Assembly (NCBI RefSeq): GCF_044373165.1
Contig: NZ_JBILQL010000005.1
Location: 1,046-65,045 of the forward strand
Direction of reading: 5' to 3'
DNA: 64,000 nt
DNA from: Flavobacterium sp.
GTDB lineage: Bacteria; Bacteroidota; Bacteroidia; Flavobacteriales; Flavobacteriaceae
The translations under genes and the position numbers were made by a program. Below the pieces are notes generated by a model. It had not been told where the DNA came from and ran no database searches. It worked only from the letters and a program-made list of their open reading frames with translations. Position 1 is the first letter of the stretch. Each line of letters begins with the position of its first letter. Positions 55,595 to 64,000 of this stretch are shown here, in pieces.

Positions 55595-57385
55595 TTGAAT
55601 TTAAAACGAAAATTGCTGTGTTTTATTGTTTTCTTTCTCCACATTTACAGTGTTCGGAGTCAGGACATTTCTCTCTATGAGCAGCTCAACGGCACCTTCG
55701 ATTTTACATTAATGGGCAACACTTTAAACTTGGCGGAAAACAATTTCACCAATGGTCCCGTTACCACCACTACATCCTCAGCTAGTTTAAACTTGAGTAA
55801 TGATGCCTCAGTTGTGAGAGCTTATCTTTATTGGGCCGGAAGCGGTGATGGTGATTTTAACATTAAGCTGAATGCCAACAATATAACTCCGGATAGAACC
55901 TTTAGTTATCAAAGGAATTTTGACGGCTTAGTTTTTACCTATTTCAGTGCTTTCAAAGACATCACTCAGTTGGTACAAACTACCGGAAACGGCAATTATA
56001 CTTTATCCGAACTTGATGTAAGTCCCTACATTAGTTTACACTTGCAACGCAAAACCAATTTTGCAGGATGGGCTATAGTAATTGTTTACAGCCGACCTAG
56101 TTTACCTTTAAATCAAATCAATATTTATGACGGTTTGGAAGGTGTTCCGAGTGAACTCAACATTACCTTAAACGACCTCAATGTAGTGGATAATTTGAAT
56201 TCGAAAGTGGGCTTTTTGGCTTGGGAAGGCGATTCGGGTTTGGCCACCGAAGAGTTCCGAATCAATGGCGATTTGTTATTTAACGCTTTGAATCCGTCGA
56301 GCAATGTTTTTAACAGTACCAACTCGGTTACCGGAAGCACTACGCTATACAACATGGATTTGGATATTTACGACATTCAAAACAACATACAAATAGGAGA
56401 TACTGAAGCCGAAATTACGCTTTCTTCTTCAGTAGATTTTGTAATGATAAACACCGTGGTTACCAAATTGAATAGTCAGGTTCCTGATGGCCGTATTGCC
56501 GTTACCGAAGTGCAACGACAATGTGATTCGAGAAGTATAATTGTAAATTACACCGTTTCTAATGCGGACTGTACCGGACCTTTACCAACAGAAACACCGG
56601 TTTCCGTTTATGTTGATAATCTCATTTTAGAAGTTTTTGAAACCAATGTACCGGTACCGATTAACGGTGCTGTAAACGGTCAAATTACTTTAATGATTCC
56701 GGATACAGTTCCAAACGATTTTGAATTAAAATTTGTGATTGATGACAAAGGCGACGGTTCCGGAATTGTAAATGAGATTTCGGAAACCAATAATACCTTC
56801 AATACTTCGGTCAATTTGATTACAGCACCTATGTTCAACCCTTTGCCATCGCTTGAATCTTGTAACGAAGGATTTTCACAAGGTACTTTTGATTTTTCAA
56901 ACTATGACGATTTGGTAAAAACCGTTACCGAAGACATAGCAACATTTTTCGAAAGTCGGGAAGATGCCGAGAGCCAAACCAATCCGATACTCAACACCAA
57001 CACCTATGTTGCATTGGCAACTCCCAAAGAAATTTTTGTTCGTTTGGACAACCCCAACTGTTACAGTGTGACTTCCTTTATACTAACCACCCGAAATTGT
57101 CCGCCAACGGTTTACAATTTTGTTTCGGCTAATCAAGACGGAAGCAATGACACTTTTACCATCAAAGGGTTAGAAAATGTATTTTTGAATTATAAAATTG
57201 AAATCTATAATCGTTGGGGTAAATTAATTTGGACCGGCAACCAAAATACTGACCGTTGGGATGGTACTTCCAAGGAAGGTTTTGCAACCAAAAATGTCCC
57301 CGACGGCACCTATTTTTATGTCATCTATTTGAACGATGTGGATTATCCCGAACCCCTAACAGGTTACCTCTATTTGGAACACTAA
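55595..57385 (+). CDS. secreted protein with T9SS type-B (gliding-motility-associated) C-terminal domain
   Basis: A TTG start is needed for signal peptide MNLKRKLLCFIVFFLHIYSVRSQ. C-terminus FVSANQDGSNDTFTIKG ... IYNRWGKLIW ... WDGT ... VPDGTYFYVI. Confidence 0.75.
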   Translation: MNLKRKLLCFIVFFLHIYSVRSQDISLYEQLNGTFDFTLMGNTLNLAENNFTNGPVTTTTSSASLNLSNDASVVRAYLYWAGSGDGDFNIKLNANNITPDRTFSYQRNFDGLVFTYFSAFKDITQLVQTTGNGNYTLSELDVSPYISLHLQRKTNFAGWAIVIVYSRPSLPLNQINIYDGLEGVPSELNITLNDLNVVDNLNSKVGFLAWEGDSGLATEEFRINGDLLFNALNPSSNVFNSTNSVTGSTTLYNMDLDIYDIQNNIQIGDTEAEITLSSSVDFVMINTVVTKLNSQVPDGRIAVTEVQRQCDSRSIIVNYTVSNADCTGPLPTETPVSVYVDNLILEVFETNVPVPINGAVNGQITLMIPDTVPNDFELKFVIDDKGDGSGIVNEISETNNTFNTSVNLITAPMFNPLPSLESCNEGFSQGTFDFSNYDDLVKTVTEDIATFFESREDAESQTNPILNTNTYVALATPKEIFVRLDNPNCYSVTSFILTTRNCPPTVYNFVSANQDGSNDTFTIKGLENVFLNYKIEIYNRWGKLIWTGNQNTDRWDGTSKEGFATKNVPDGTYFYVIYLNDVDYPEPLTGYLYLEH

Positions 57386-58129
57386 CTACATGTTTTGTGT
57401 GTAGTAATTGTAGTCTTTAAGCACGGTTTGTATAAATTCTTTCGTGCTTCCCATATCATTTTTAATACCGGTTACTTGCTCAATTTTAGTAGTCAATTTA
57501 TTTAAAATCACATAATCATTAGATTTCATTGCATTGTGAAATGTTTCTTTAATGATTCGTGCATCGTTATCAGATAATTTGATAACCAAAGGATATTTCG
57601 GTTGGTATTCCTGACCGATTTCTTCCAAAATGGTACTGTTGATGGTTACTTTGTTTTTTAAAGTAATCACGGCAGTTCCGGCCGACATGTCGCCTAACCT
57701 TTGGGTTTTACTGTTCACTACCATAGCAATCAAACCAATGATACCGCTTCCGAGAGAAATATCAATCAACCGAAACAACCACCGAATTAAATAATCTCCG
57801 AAAGAAGCTTGGTAGCCATCAATTTTAACGACTTTTATTTTTACTAATTTTTTACCCAATGTTTGCCCTTCTAACAAAGATTCTTGTACCAAAGAATAGA
57901 AGGCAATCGGCAGAAAAAACACCATATACACCGCCATTTGTGACCAATTATCCAATTGATACAACCATCTGTCAATTTCAAAAAAACTAAAAAAAACATA
58001 GTAAACGATAATAAAATAGGCTGCTTTTACCAGAAAATCAAGCATATACGCACCAATTCGTTCACCAACAGACGCTGCCGTAAAATTTATAACAACATTT
58101 TGGGTTGTATTGATAGAAAGTTGTGACAT
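57386..58129 (-). CDS. RDD family membrane protein
   Basis: MSQLSINTTQNV start at ATG 58129. GERIGAYMLDFLVK ... RLGDMSAGT RDD pattern with three TMs plus a C-terminal soluble part. Confidence 0.75.
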   Translation of the reverse strand: MSQLSINTTQNVVINFTAASVGERIGAYMLDFLVKAAYFIIVYYVFFSFFEIDRWLYQLDNWSQMAVYMVFFLPIAFYSLVQESLLEGQTLGKKLVKIKVVKIDGYQASFGDYLIRWLFRLIDISLGSGIIGLIAMVVNSKTQRLGDMSAGTAVITLKNKVTINSTILEEIGQEYQPKYPLVIKLSDNDARIIKETFHNAMKSNDYVILNKLTTKIEQVTGIKNDMGSTKEFIQTVLKDYNYYTQNM

Positions 58130-58149
58130 AATTCTTATTTTAGCCTTCC

Positions 58150-59112
58150 ATGAGGGAAGTAGCATTTATAAAACAAAACAAACAAAAGTGGCTCGATTTT
58201 GAGCAAGCTATTTTTGGCAATACTAAAAAAAATCCTGATGAAATGGCTAGTTTGTACATCCATTTGGTCAATGATTTGTCGTATGCCCAAACCTACTATC
58301 CCAAAAGTAAAACCGTAGTTTATCTGAATTATTTGGCTTCACAAATTTATCAGAAAATTTATAAAACCAAACGCGAAGAGCAAAATAGATTGGTTTATTT
58401 TTTTTCTACCGAAGTGCCTTTGCTGGTATACGACTATAGGCGGTATATCATTTACGCTTTCATCTTGTTCTTTGCTACAGTGACTATGGGCGTTCTTTCA
58501 GCCCGGTATGATGAAAATTTTGTTCGTTTGATTCTGGGCGATGGTTATGTGAACATGACTTTGGAAAATATTGAAAACGGAAATCCCGTGGCAGTATACA
58601 AATCCGGCAGCAATTGGGGCGGATTTATTGCCATTACATTGAACAACCTTTATGTTGGAGTACGCTGTTTTATTTACGGAATCTTTGGCGGTGTGGGTAC
58701 GTTTTGGGTATTAATTCAGAACTGCATTATGTTGGGTTCATTCCAATATTTCTTTTACCAACATGGCGTATTTTGGGAAAGTGTAAGCGGCATTTGGATC
58801 CATGGATCTATGGAAATTTTTGCCATTGTAATCGAGTCTGCTTGCGGGTTTATCCTTGGCGCTTCTATCCTATTTCCTAAAACATTTTCCCGATTAAACT
58901 CCTTTAAAATTGGTTTCAAAGACAGTTTAAAAATCTTTTTAAGCACAATTCCATTTACCATAGCCGCAGGATTCTTAGAAGGTTTTGTTACCCGATATGC
59001 TATAGAAATGCCTAATTGGCTGAATGTGGTTATTATTTTGGGTACTCTTTCGATGATTTCATTTTACTTTTTGATTTTTCCAACTATTGTTCATAAAAAA
59101 CTAAAACGATAA
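58150..59112 (+). CDS. SpoIIM-like (DUF95) integral membrane protein
   Basis: 320 aa. The N-terminal cytoplasmic helix region is followed by about 6 TMs. HGSMEIFAIVIE motif typical of DUF95. Confidence 0.7.
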   Translation: MREVAFIKQNKQKWLDFEQAIFGNTKKNPDEMASLYIHLVNDLSYAQTYYPKSKTVVYLNYLASQIYQKIYKTKREEQNRLVYFFSTEVPLLVYDYRRYIIYAFILFFATVTMGVLSARYDENFVRLILGDGYVNMTLENIENGNPVAVYKSGSNWGGFIAITLNNLYVGVRCFIYGIFGGVGTFWVLIQNCIMLGSFQYFFYQHGVFWESVSGIWIHGSMEIFAIVIESACGFILGASILFPKTFSRLNSFKIGFKDSLKIFLSTIPFTIAAGFLEGFVTRYAIEMPNWLNVVIILGTLSMISFYFLIFPTIVHKKLKR

Positions 59113-59113
59113 T

Positions 59114-60052
59114 ATGTTTAGTCTGTTTAAAAGAAGAAATTTTGGTGACTACGTCAGTGATACTTTTGTGTTTTTCAAAGAAAACGGCAAACACTATTTG
59201 AAAAATTACTTCACCATCAGTGGACCAATGCTGCTGATTTTAGTGGCGGCTTCCTACTTTTTGTTTCAAGTGTATTTTGATTTTTTTCTGAAAACTGACC
59301 CTAACAGTAATAATTCGGAATACTTAGAAAGTTATTTAACCAACAATATTCCTTTAGTTGTATTAGTCGCTTTAGGCTTGTTCTTGTTTATGATTTTTCT
59401 AAGCATGCTCAACTACTCGTTACCCGTAATTTATTTTGATTTGTATGAAAAGAACAACGGAAAAAACTTTGGCACCAAAGAAATTTTAAGCCGATTCAAA
59501 GCCCATTTCGGGAAAATATTAGTTTTCTTTTTGGCGACTGTTTTCCTTATAACGCCGGTTTTAATCGCCGTTTTCGCCTTGTTGATTCTACTGTGTTTTG
59601 TCATCATCGGAATTCCGCTATTACTGTTTGCTATTCCAACCGCTTTTAGTTGGGTAACCCTGAGTTTTTATGAATATTTAAATACCGATAAAGGCGTTTT
59701 TCAAAGCTATGGCGCCGGGTTTAAACATTTAACCAAACAATATTTCCCGATTGTAGGCTCGTGTATGGTGATTTACCTTATCATTCAAGTCGCGATGACG
59801 ATATTTTCTATGATTCCTTATATGCTGGGCTTGATTTCTGTTTTTACTTCTACACAAGACGGTTTTCAGGAGAACAATGCCCAGTCGGGCGTGGCGCTGG
59901 TATTGACCGTTGTCATGGTATTTTCGCTCTTAATGAGTTACATCCTGAACAACTTATTACTGATCAATCAAGGCGTGATATTTTACAGTCGTCAGGAATT
60001 CGATGAAAACAAAAGTGCAGATTTCTCTATTGATTTGATTGGCAGTGAATAA
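59114..60052 (+). CDS. polytopic membrane protein, family not recognised
   Basis: 312 aa with about 6 TMs. Starts 1 nt after the previous stop. Confidence 0.55.
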   Translation: MFSLFKRRNFGDYVSDTFVFFKENGKHYLKNYFTISGPMLLILVAASYFLFQVYFDFFLKTDPNSNNSEYLESYLTNNIPLVVLVALGLFLFMIFLSMLNYSLPVIYFDLYEKNNGKNFGTKEILSRFKAHFGKILVFFLATVFLITPVLIAVFALLILLCFVIIGIPLLLFAIPTAFSWVTLSFYEYLNTDKGVFQSYGAGFKHLTKQYFPIVGSCMVIYLIIQVAMTIFSMIPYMLGLISVFTSTQDGFQENNAQSGVALVLTVVMVFSLLMSYILNNLLLINQGVIFYSRQEFDENKSADFSIDLIGSE

Positions 60053-60803
60053 ATATCTTCTTCTTTTTTGGTTGTTTTTCAGTCTTCCCAATTGGGCACA
60101 AGAGTCTATGTCTGTGACCGAAAAGGACTCATTGGCTTTGCTTGAAAAAAAGTGTAAAGTAGACCAAGCACCAAGGCAAAAAAACATTGCTATTTCGCCC
60201 AATTTAAAATCGAAATACAACTCAGCGGAATTCCAATACGAAGTCAAACTTTCCGAAAAAAGTGCTTGGGATAAATTCAAAGAATGGCTAGCCTATTGGT
60301 TCAAGAAAATTTTCGGCTTATCAGACACCAAAGTTTCCTCGAATTATGTTGAAATTACGCTGAAAGTTTTAGCCGGATTAATCGTTATTTACGTGGTTTA
60401 TCTGATTGTCAAACTCATTTTAAACAAAGAAGGCCAATGGGTTTTCGGAAAATCAACTACCAAAAAAATCATCAGCGACGATGATATAGAAAAAAACTTG
60501 GTGCATGTGGATTTCGAAAAGTTACTGAAGCAAACCTTAAACGAAAATAACCACCGTTTGGCCATTCGCTATTACTATTTGTGGACATTAAAAAAATTAT
60601 CCGAGCGCAATGTCATCGAATGGCATGTGGACAAAACCAACACTGATTACTTGTACGAAATCCAATCCAAAGATTTAAAAAACAACTTTCAATACCTATC
60701 GTATTTGTACAATTACATTTGGTATGGCGAATTTGAAATGAACGATATTACCTTCAAACAAGCCCAAAAAGCTTTTGAAAACACTTTGCAATCGATTAAA
60801 TAA
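60039..60803 (+). CDS. DUF4129 domain protein (signal peptide + TM)
   Basis: Non-ATG start (TTG 60039 or GTG 60045) overlapping the upstream gene. AIRYYYLWTLKKLSERNVIEWHVDKTNTDY matches the DUF4129 core pattern. Confidence 0.65.
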   Translation: MAVNKYLLLFWLFFSLPNWAQESMSVTEKDSLALLEKKCKVDQAPRQKNIAISPNLKSKYNSAEFQYEVKLSEKSAWDKFKEWLAYWFKKIFGLSDTKVSSNYVEITLKVLAGLIVIYVVYLIVKLILNKEGQWVFGKSTTKKIISDDDIEKNLVHVDFEKLLKQTLNENNHRLAIRYYYLWTLKKLSERNVIEWHVDKTNTDYLYEIQSKDLKNNFQYLSYLYNYIWYGEFEMNDITFKQAQKAFENTLQSIK

Positions 60804-62005
60804 TGAACAGAACTATAAAAATATACATCTTCTTTTTAGTCGTTCTGATAGCGGGCGTGATTTATATTGATGCCGTTCGACCCAAACCGGTTGATTGGTC
60901 GCCAAGTTATGTTTTGAGAGATAAAATTCCGTTCGGACTGTATGTATTTGACCAAGAAAGCAAAAACATTTTGAAACAACAAAAAATTCAAAAAGTCAAA
61001 ACTTCGGCTTATGAGTTTTTAGATGAACACTTCGATTACAGTCAAGAAGTCGACAGTTACAATATAAAAGGCACTTTGTTTAATATTTGCGATACTTATA
61101 TCATTGATGACGAATCGACTAAAGAGATGTTCTATTTCGTAAGTCACGGAAATTCTGCTTTTTTGAGCGTTCAAAATCTACCTGAAATCTTTACCGATTC
61201 GCTCAATATTAAACTCGATGCCGATTACGATTTTAAAACGGAAATCGATTGTTGGATGGCGAATAAAAACTTAGGGCAGGAAAAATACGATTTATCCAAA
61301 GGCGGCAATAACGCTTACTTCTCGAGTATAGACACTTTAACTACAACCATTTTAGGCTATCAATCCGGAACAAACAACAAGCGGGTAAATTTCATCAAAG
61401 TGCCTTACAAAAAAGGAAACTTCTACATTCATTTGCAACCGGCTGCATTCACCAATTACCATTTACTCAAAGACAATCATTACCAATACACCGAAAAAGT
61501 ATTATCGTATCTCCCAAAAGGGAATGTGTTTTGGTTTGTGAAACAACAAGAAGGTATTGCAGAATCGGGTTCACCTTTGCGCTATATACTTAGCCAACCG
61601 GCTTTGCGATATGCTTGGTATTTGTTCTTAATCGGCATGATTATTTTTATGATTTTTAATGCCAAAAGAAGACAAAGAATTATTCCTGTCATCAAACCAC
61701 TGTCGAACACCACAGTCGATTTTACCAAAACCATCGGGAATTTATACTATCAGGAAGGCAATCACCAGAACCTTATCGATAAAAAAATCATTTATTTCCT
61801 CGAACGCGTTCGCAATGAATATCTCATTGAAACAGCGGTTTTAGATGAAAACTTTATCAAAAAATTACACGCCAAAACCGGCAAAGACATCAAAGACATC
61901 GAACACTTAGTATATTTGATTAATTATCAAAAGAAAAGCTATCATCAAAGTATCGAAACTGATTTAATAGAAATCAATAAAGCAATAGAAAAAATCATCA
62001 GCTAA
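60803..62005 (+). CDS. DUF4350 domain membrane protein
   Basis: TAATG overlap. N-terminal TM, then PVDWSPSY ... IPFGLYVF, typical of DUF4350, and a second TM near residue 270. Confidence 0.65.
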   Translation: MNRTIKIYIFFLVVLIAGVIYIDAVRPKPVDWSPSYVLRDKIPFGLYVFDQESKNILKQQKIQKVKTSAYEFLDEHFDYSQEVDSYNIKGTLFNICDTYIIDDESTKEMFYFVSHGNSAFLSVQNLPEIFTDSLNIKLDADYDFKTEIDCWMANKNLGQEKYDLSKGGNNAYFSSIDTLTTTILGYQSGTNNKRVNFIKVPYKKGNFYIHLQPAAFTNYHLLKDNHYQYTEKVLSYLPKGNVFWFVKQQEGIAESGSPLRYILSQPALRYAWYLFLIGMIIFMIFNAKRRQRIIPVIKPLSNTTVDFTKTIGNLYYQEGNHQNLIDKKIIYFLERVRNEYLIETAVLDENFIKKLHAKTGKDIKDIEHLVYLINYQKKSYHQSIETDLIEINKAIEKIIS

Positions 62006-63009
62006 TGGAAAATACAGAAAACTTCGATACTCAGGAAAATGTAAATTTTGAGTCCCGATTGAATTTGGAACCGCTACGCGCCAGTATTGACAAAATCAAA
62101 GCCGAAATGGAAACGGTTATTGTAGGCCAACACAAAATGATCGACCAATTATTGGTGTCCATTTTGGCTAACGGTCACGTATTAATCGAAGGTGTTCCCG
62201 GCGTGGCCAAAACCATGACCGCCAAAATCATCGCCAAAACCCTTTCGGTAGATTTCAGTCGGATTCAGTTTACACCCGATTTGATGCCATCGGATATCTT
62301 AGGAACTTCGGTATTCGATTTGAAAAAATCGGAATTCGAATTCAAAAAAGGACCGATATTTTCCAACTTAGTCTTGATAGACGAGATCAATCGTGCACCG
62401 GCCAAAACCCAAGCGGCTTTGTTTGAGGTAATGGAAGAACGCCAAATCACCATCGATGGCCATTGCTATACTTTAGACCAACCGTTTATCGTATTAGCCA
62501 CACAAAACCCAATCGAACAAGAAGGAACCTATCGTTTACCCGAAGCACAACTCGACCGTTTCTTGTTTAAAATTAATGTTGATTATCCTAAACTTAACGA
62601 AGAAATCGATATTATCCACAAAGAACATACGCTTCAAAACAAAGGAAAATTAGAAGACATTCAGACCATTTTACAGGCTTCTGATATTATCAATTACCAA
62701 CAGTTAGTAAAACAAATTCTGGTAGAACCTAATCTTTTAGAATACATCGCCAAATTGGTGGTGAATACCCGAGAAAATGCCTTTTTATACTTAGGAGCTT
62801 CGCCAAGAGCCTCAATAGCAATTTTGAATGCCGCCAAAGGTTTTGCTGCCATTAGAGGCCGTGATTTCGTCACTCCGGAAGACATTAAAGATGCCGCCAT
62901 CCCGGTTTTACAACACCGCGTAATTGTTACTCCTGAACGTGAAATGGAAGGATTGACCAGCATCGAAATCATCAAACAAATCATTGAAAGCATCGAAATC
63001 CCGAGATAA
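62005..63009 (+). CDS. MoxR-family AAA+ ATPase
   Basis: TAATG overlap. Walker A GVPGVAKT, Walker B LIDEINRA, TQNPIEQEGTYRLPEAQLDRF sensor region, 334 aa. Confidence 0.92.
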   Translation: MENTENFDTQENVNFESRLNLEPLRASIDKIKAEMETVIVGQHKMIDQLLVSILANGHVLIEGVPGVAKTMTAKIIAKTLSVDFSRIQFTPDLMPSDILGTSVFDLKKSEFEFKKGPIFSNLVLIDEINRAPAKTQAALFEVMEERQITIDGHCYTLDQPFIVLATQNPIEQEGTYRLPEAQLDRFLFKINVDYPKLNEEIDIIHKEHTLQNKGKLEDIQTILQASDIINYQQLVKQILVEPNLLEYIAKLVVNTRENAFLYLGASPRASIAILNAAKGFAAIRGRDFVTPEDIKDAAIPVLQHRVIVTPEREMEGLTSIEIIKQIIESIEIPR

Positions 63010-63038
63010 ATCATCTTTGGACAAAACGGAAAACCAGC

Positions 63039-64000
63039 ATGAACTTTTTCAAACAGTTATACCTCAATAATTTCTTTTTCTATTTGCTTATCGGCATAAT
63101 AGTGCTATTCTGTTTGGCCTTTATCTTTCCGGTTTTGTACAATGCTACTTGGTATTTGCTCTTTATTATTTTAGTGTTTTTTGTATTGGATATTTTGATT
63201 CTTTTCAGCAACAAAAACGGAATCGAAGCACACCGAACTACACCCGAGAAATTGTCCAACGGTGATGAAAATCCAATAATCGTTACCGTAAAGAATTTTT
63301 ATACCTTTCCTATCCATGTTAAAATTATTGATGAGATTCCGTTTCAGTTTCAAGTCAGAAATTTTGAAATCAAAAGAAAGATAAAAAATGCTGCTCAAGA
63401 CGAAGTGCAATACCATTTGCGCCCAACCGAACGCGGTGAATATTTTTTCGGGAATCTGAATGTTTATGTGACTTCTCCATTACAATTGATTTCCAAAAGA
63501 TACCGTTTCGACAAAGACCAAATGGTGCCAACTTATCCGTCTTATATTCAATTGCGCAAATACGACTTAATTGCTTTCTCCAATAATTTATTCCAATACG
63601 GTGTCAAAAAAATACGGCGCATTGGCCATACAATGGAGTTTGAACAAATCAAAGAATACGTTCCCGGCGACGACATTCGAACCTTAAACTGGAAAGCTAC
63701 CGCCAAGAAAAACAGCTTGATGGTCAACCAATACCAAGACGAAAAATCGCAAAACATTTACATGGCCATCGACAAAGGTCGCGTAATGAAAATGCCGTTC
63801 AACGGAATGAGTTTGCTGGATTATGCCATTAACGCGACTTTGGTTTTGTCGAATGTCATTCTGAAAAAACAAGACAAAGCCGGTATGTTTTCGTTTTCTA
63901 AGAAAGTGGAAAACGGAGTGGTTGCCGAAAAGCGAACCTCACAAATGCAAAAAATACTGGAGAATTTATACAATGTAAAAACCGATTATTTTGAAAGCGA
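63039..64000 (+). CDS. DUF58 domain protein (3-prime end cut by the window edge)
   Basis: Not in the ORF track because no stop is reached. Hand translation from ATG 63039 gives MNFFKQLYLNNFFFYLLIG ... (2 TMs) ... EFEQIKEYVPGDDIRTLNWKATAKKNSLMVNQYQDEK, the DUF58 signature. Confidence 0.85.
   Translation, partial: MNFFKQLYLNNFFFYLLIGIIVLFCLAFIFPVLYNATWYLLFIILVFFVLDILILFSNKNGIEAHRTTPEKLSNGDENPIIVTVKNFYTFPIHVKIIDEIPFQFQVRNFEIKRKIKNAAQDEVQYHLRPTERGEYFFGNLNVYVTSPLQLISKRYRFDKDQMVPTYPSYIQLRKYDLIAFSNNLFQYGVKKIRRIGHTMEFEQIKEYVPGDDIRTLNWKATAKKNSLMVNQYQDEKSQNIYMAIDKGRVMKMPFNGMSLLDYAINATLVLSNVILKKQDKAGMFSFSKKVENGVVAEKRTSQMQKILENLYNVKTDYFES

Noticed and set aside
63171-63872. Three minus-strand ORFs (63171..63416, 63548..63757, 63684..63872) listed where the track shows no plus-strand ORF
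   Set aside because: The plus strand carries an open DUF58 reading frame from 63039 to the window end. It is absent from the track only because it has no stop codon. The minus-strand ORFs are shadows.

Overview
AT-rich Bacteroidota segment, most likely a Flavobacterium-type (Flavobacteriaceae) chromosome. Supporting signs are T9SS C-terminal sorting domains, a PorX-type receiver-PglZ regulator, TolC-MFP-RND gene order, TAnnTTTG -7 promoter boxes and no Shine-Dalgarno sequences. There are about 60 densely packed protein genes. I saw no rRNA, tRNA, CRISPR array, transposase, integrase or phage genes. In order, the window holds: a DUF1800/DUF1501 pair; a three-gene cassette (orphan, TPR histidine kinase, NarL-type regulator) bracketed by two identical terminator hairpins; a small orphan-gene islet (5.3-6.6 kb); a housekeeping block (birA, rsfS-ftsH, LUD-cdsA-psd-ACBP-sod); an M13 peptidase; a five-gene RND efflux operon with two unusual tail genes; a T9SS cargo; a Crp/Fnr-linked persulfide-dioxygenase-rhodanese/thioredoxin locus with several tiny Cys-motif membrane proteins; porX-tsaE-AlaDH; secDF, mdh, gyrB and asnB; a giant-TPR/beta-barrel operon; ftsE; a 10-kb strand-mosaic surface-glycan locus; a T9SS type-B cargo; and a seven-gene RDD/SpoIIM-like/DUF4129/DUF4350/MoxR/DUF58 membrane cluster that runs off the right edge. 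The best candidates for undescribed biology are three. (i) The membrane-anchored MoxR-DUF58 cluster, whose partners differ from the Bat operon. (ii) The sulfur locus, whose Crp/Fnr regulator carries a C-x6-CC cysteine triad and which has two ATGAT-N4-ATCAT boxes, each 33 bp from a -7-like box. (iii) The orphan islet at 5.3-6.6 kb. All family names come from reading translated motifs by eye, not from database searches, and coordinates of small RNA-structure and DNA sites were hand-counted.
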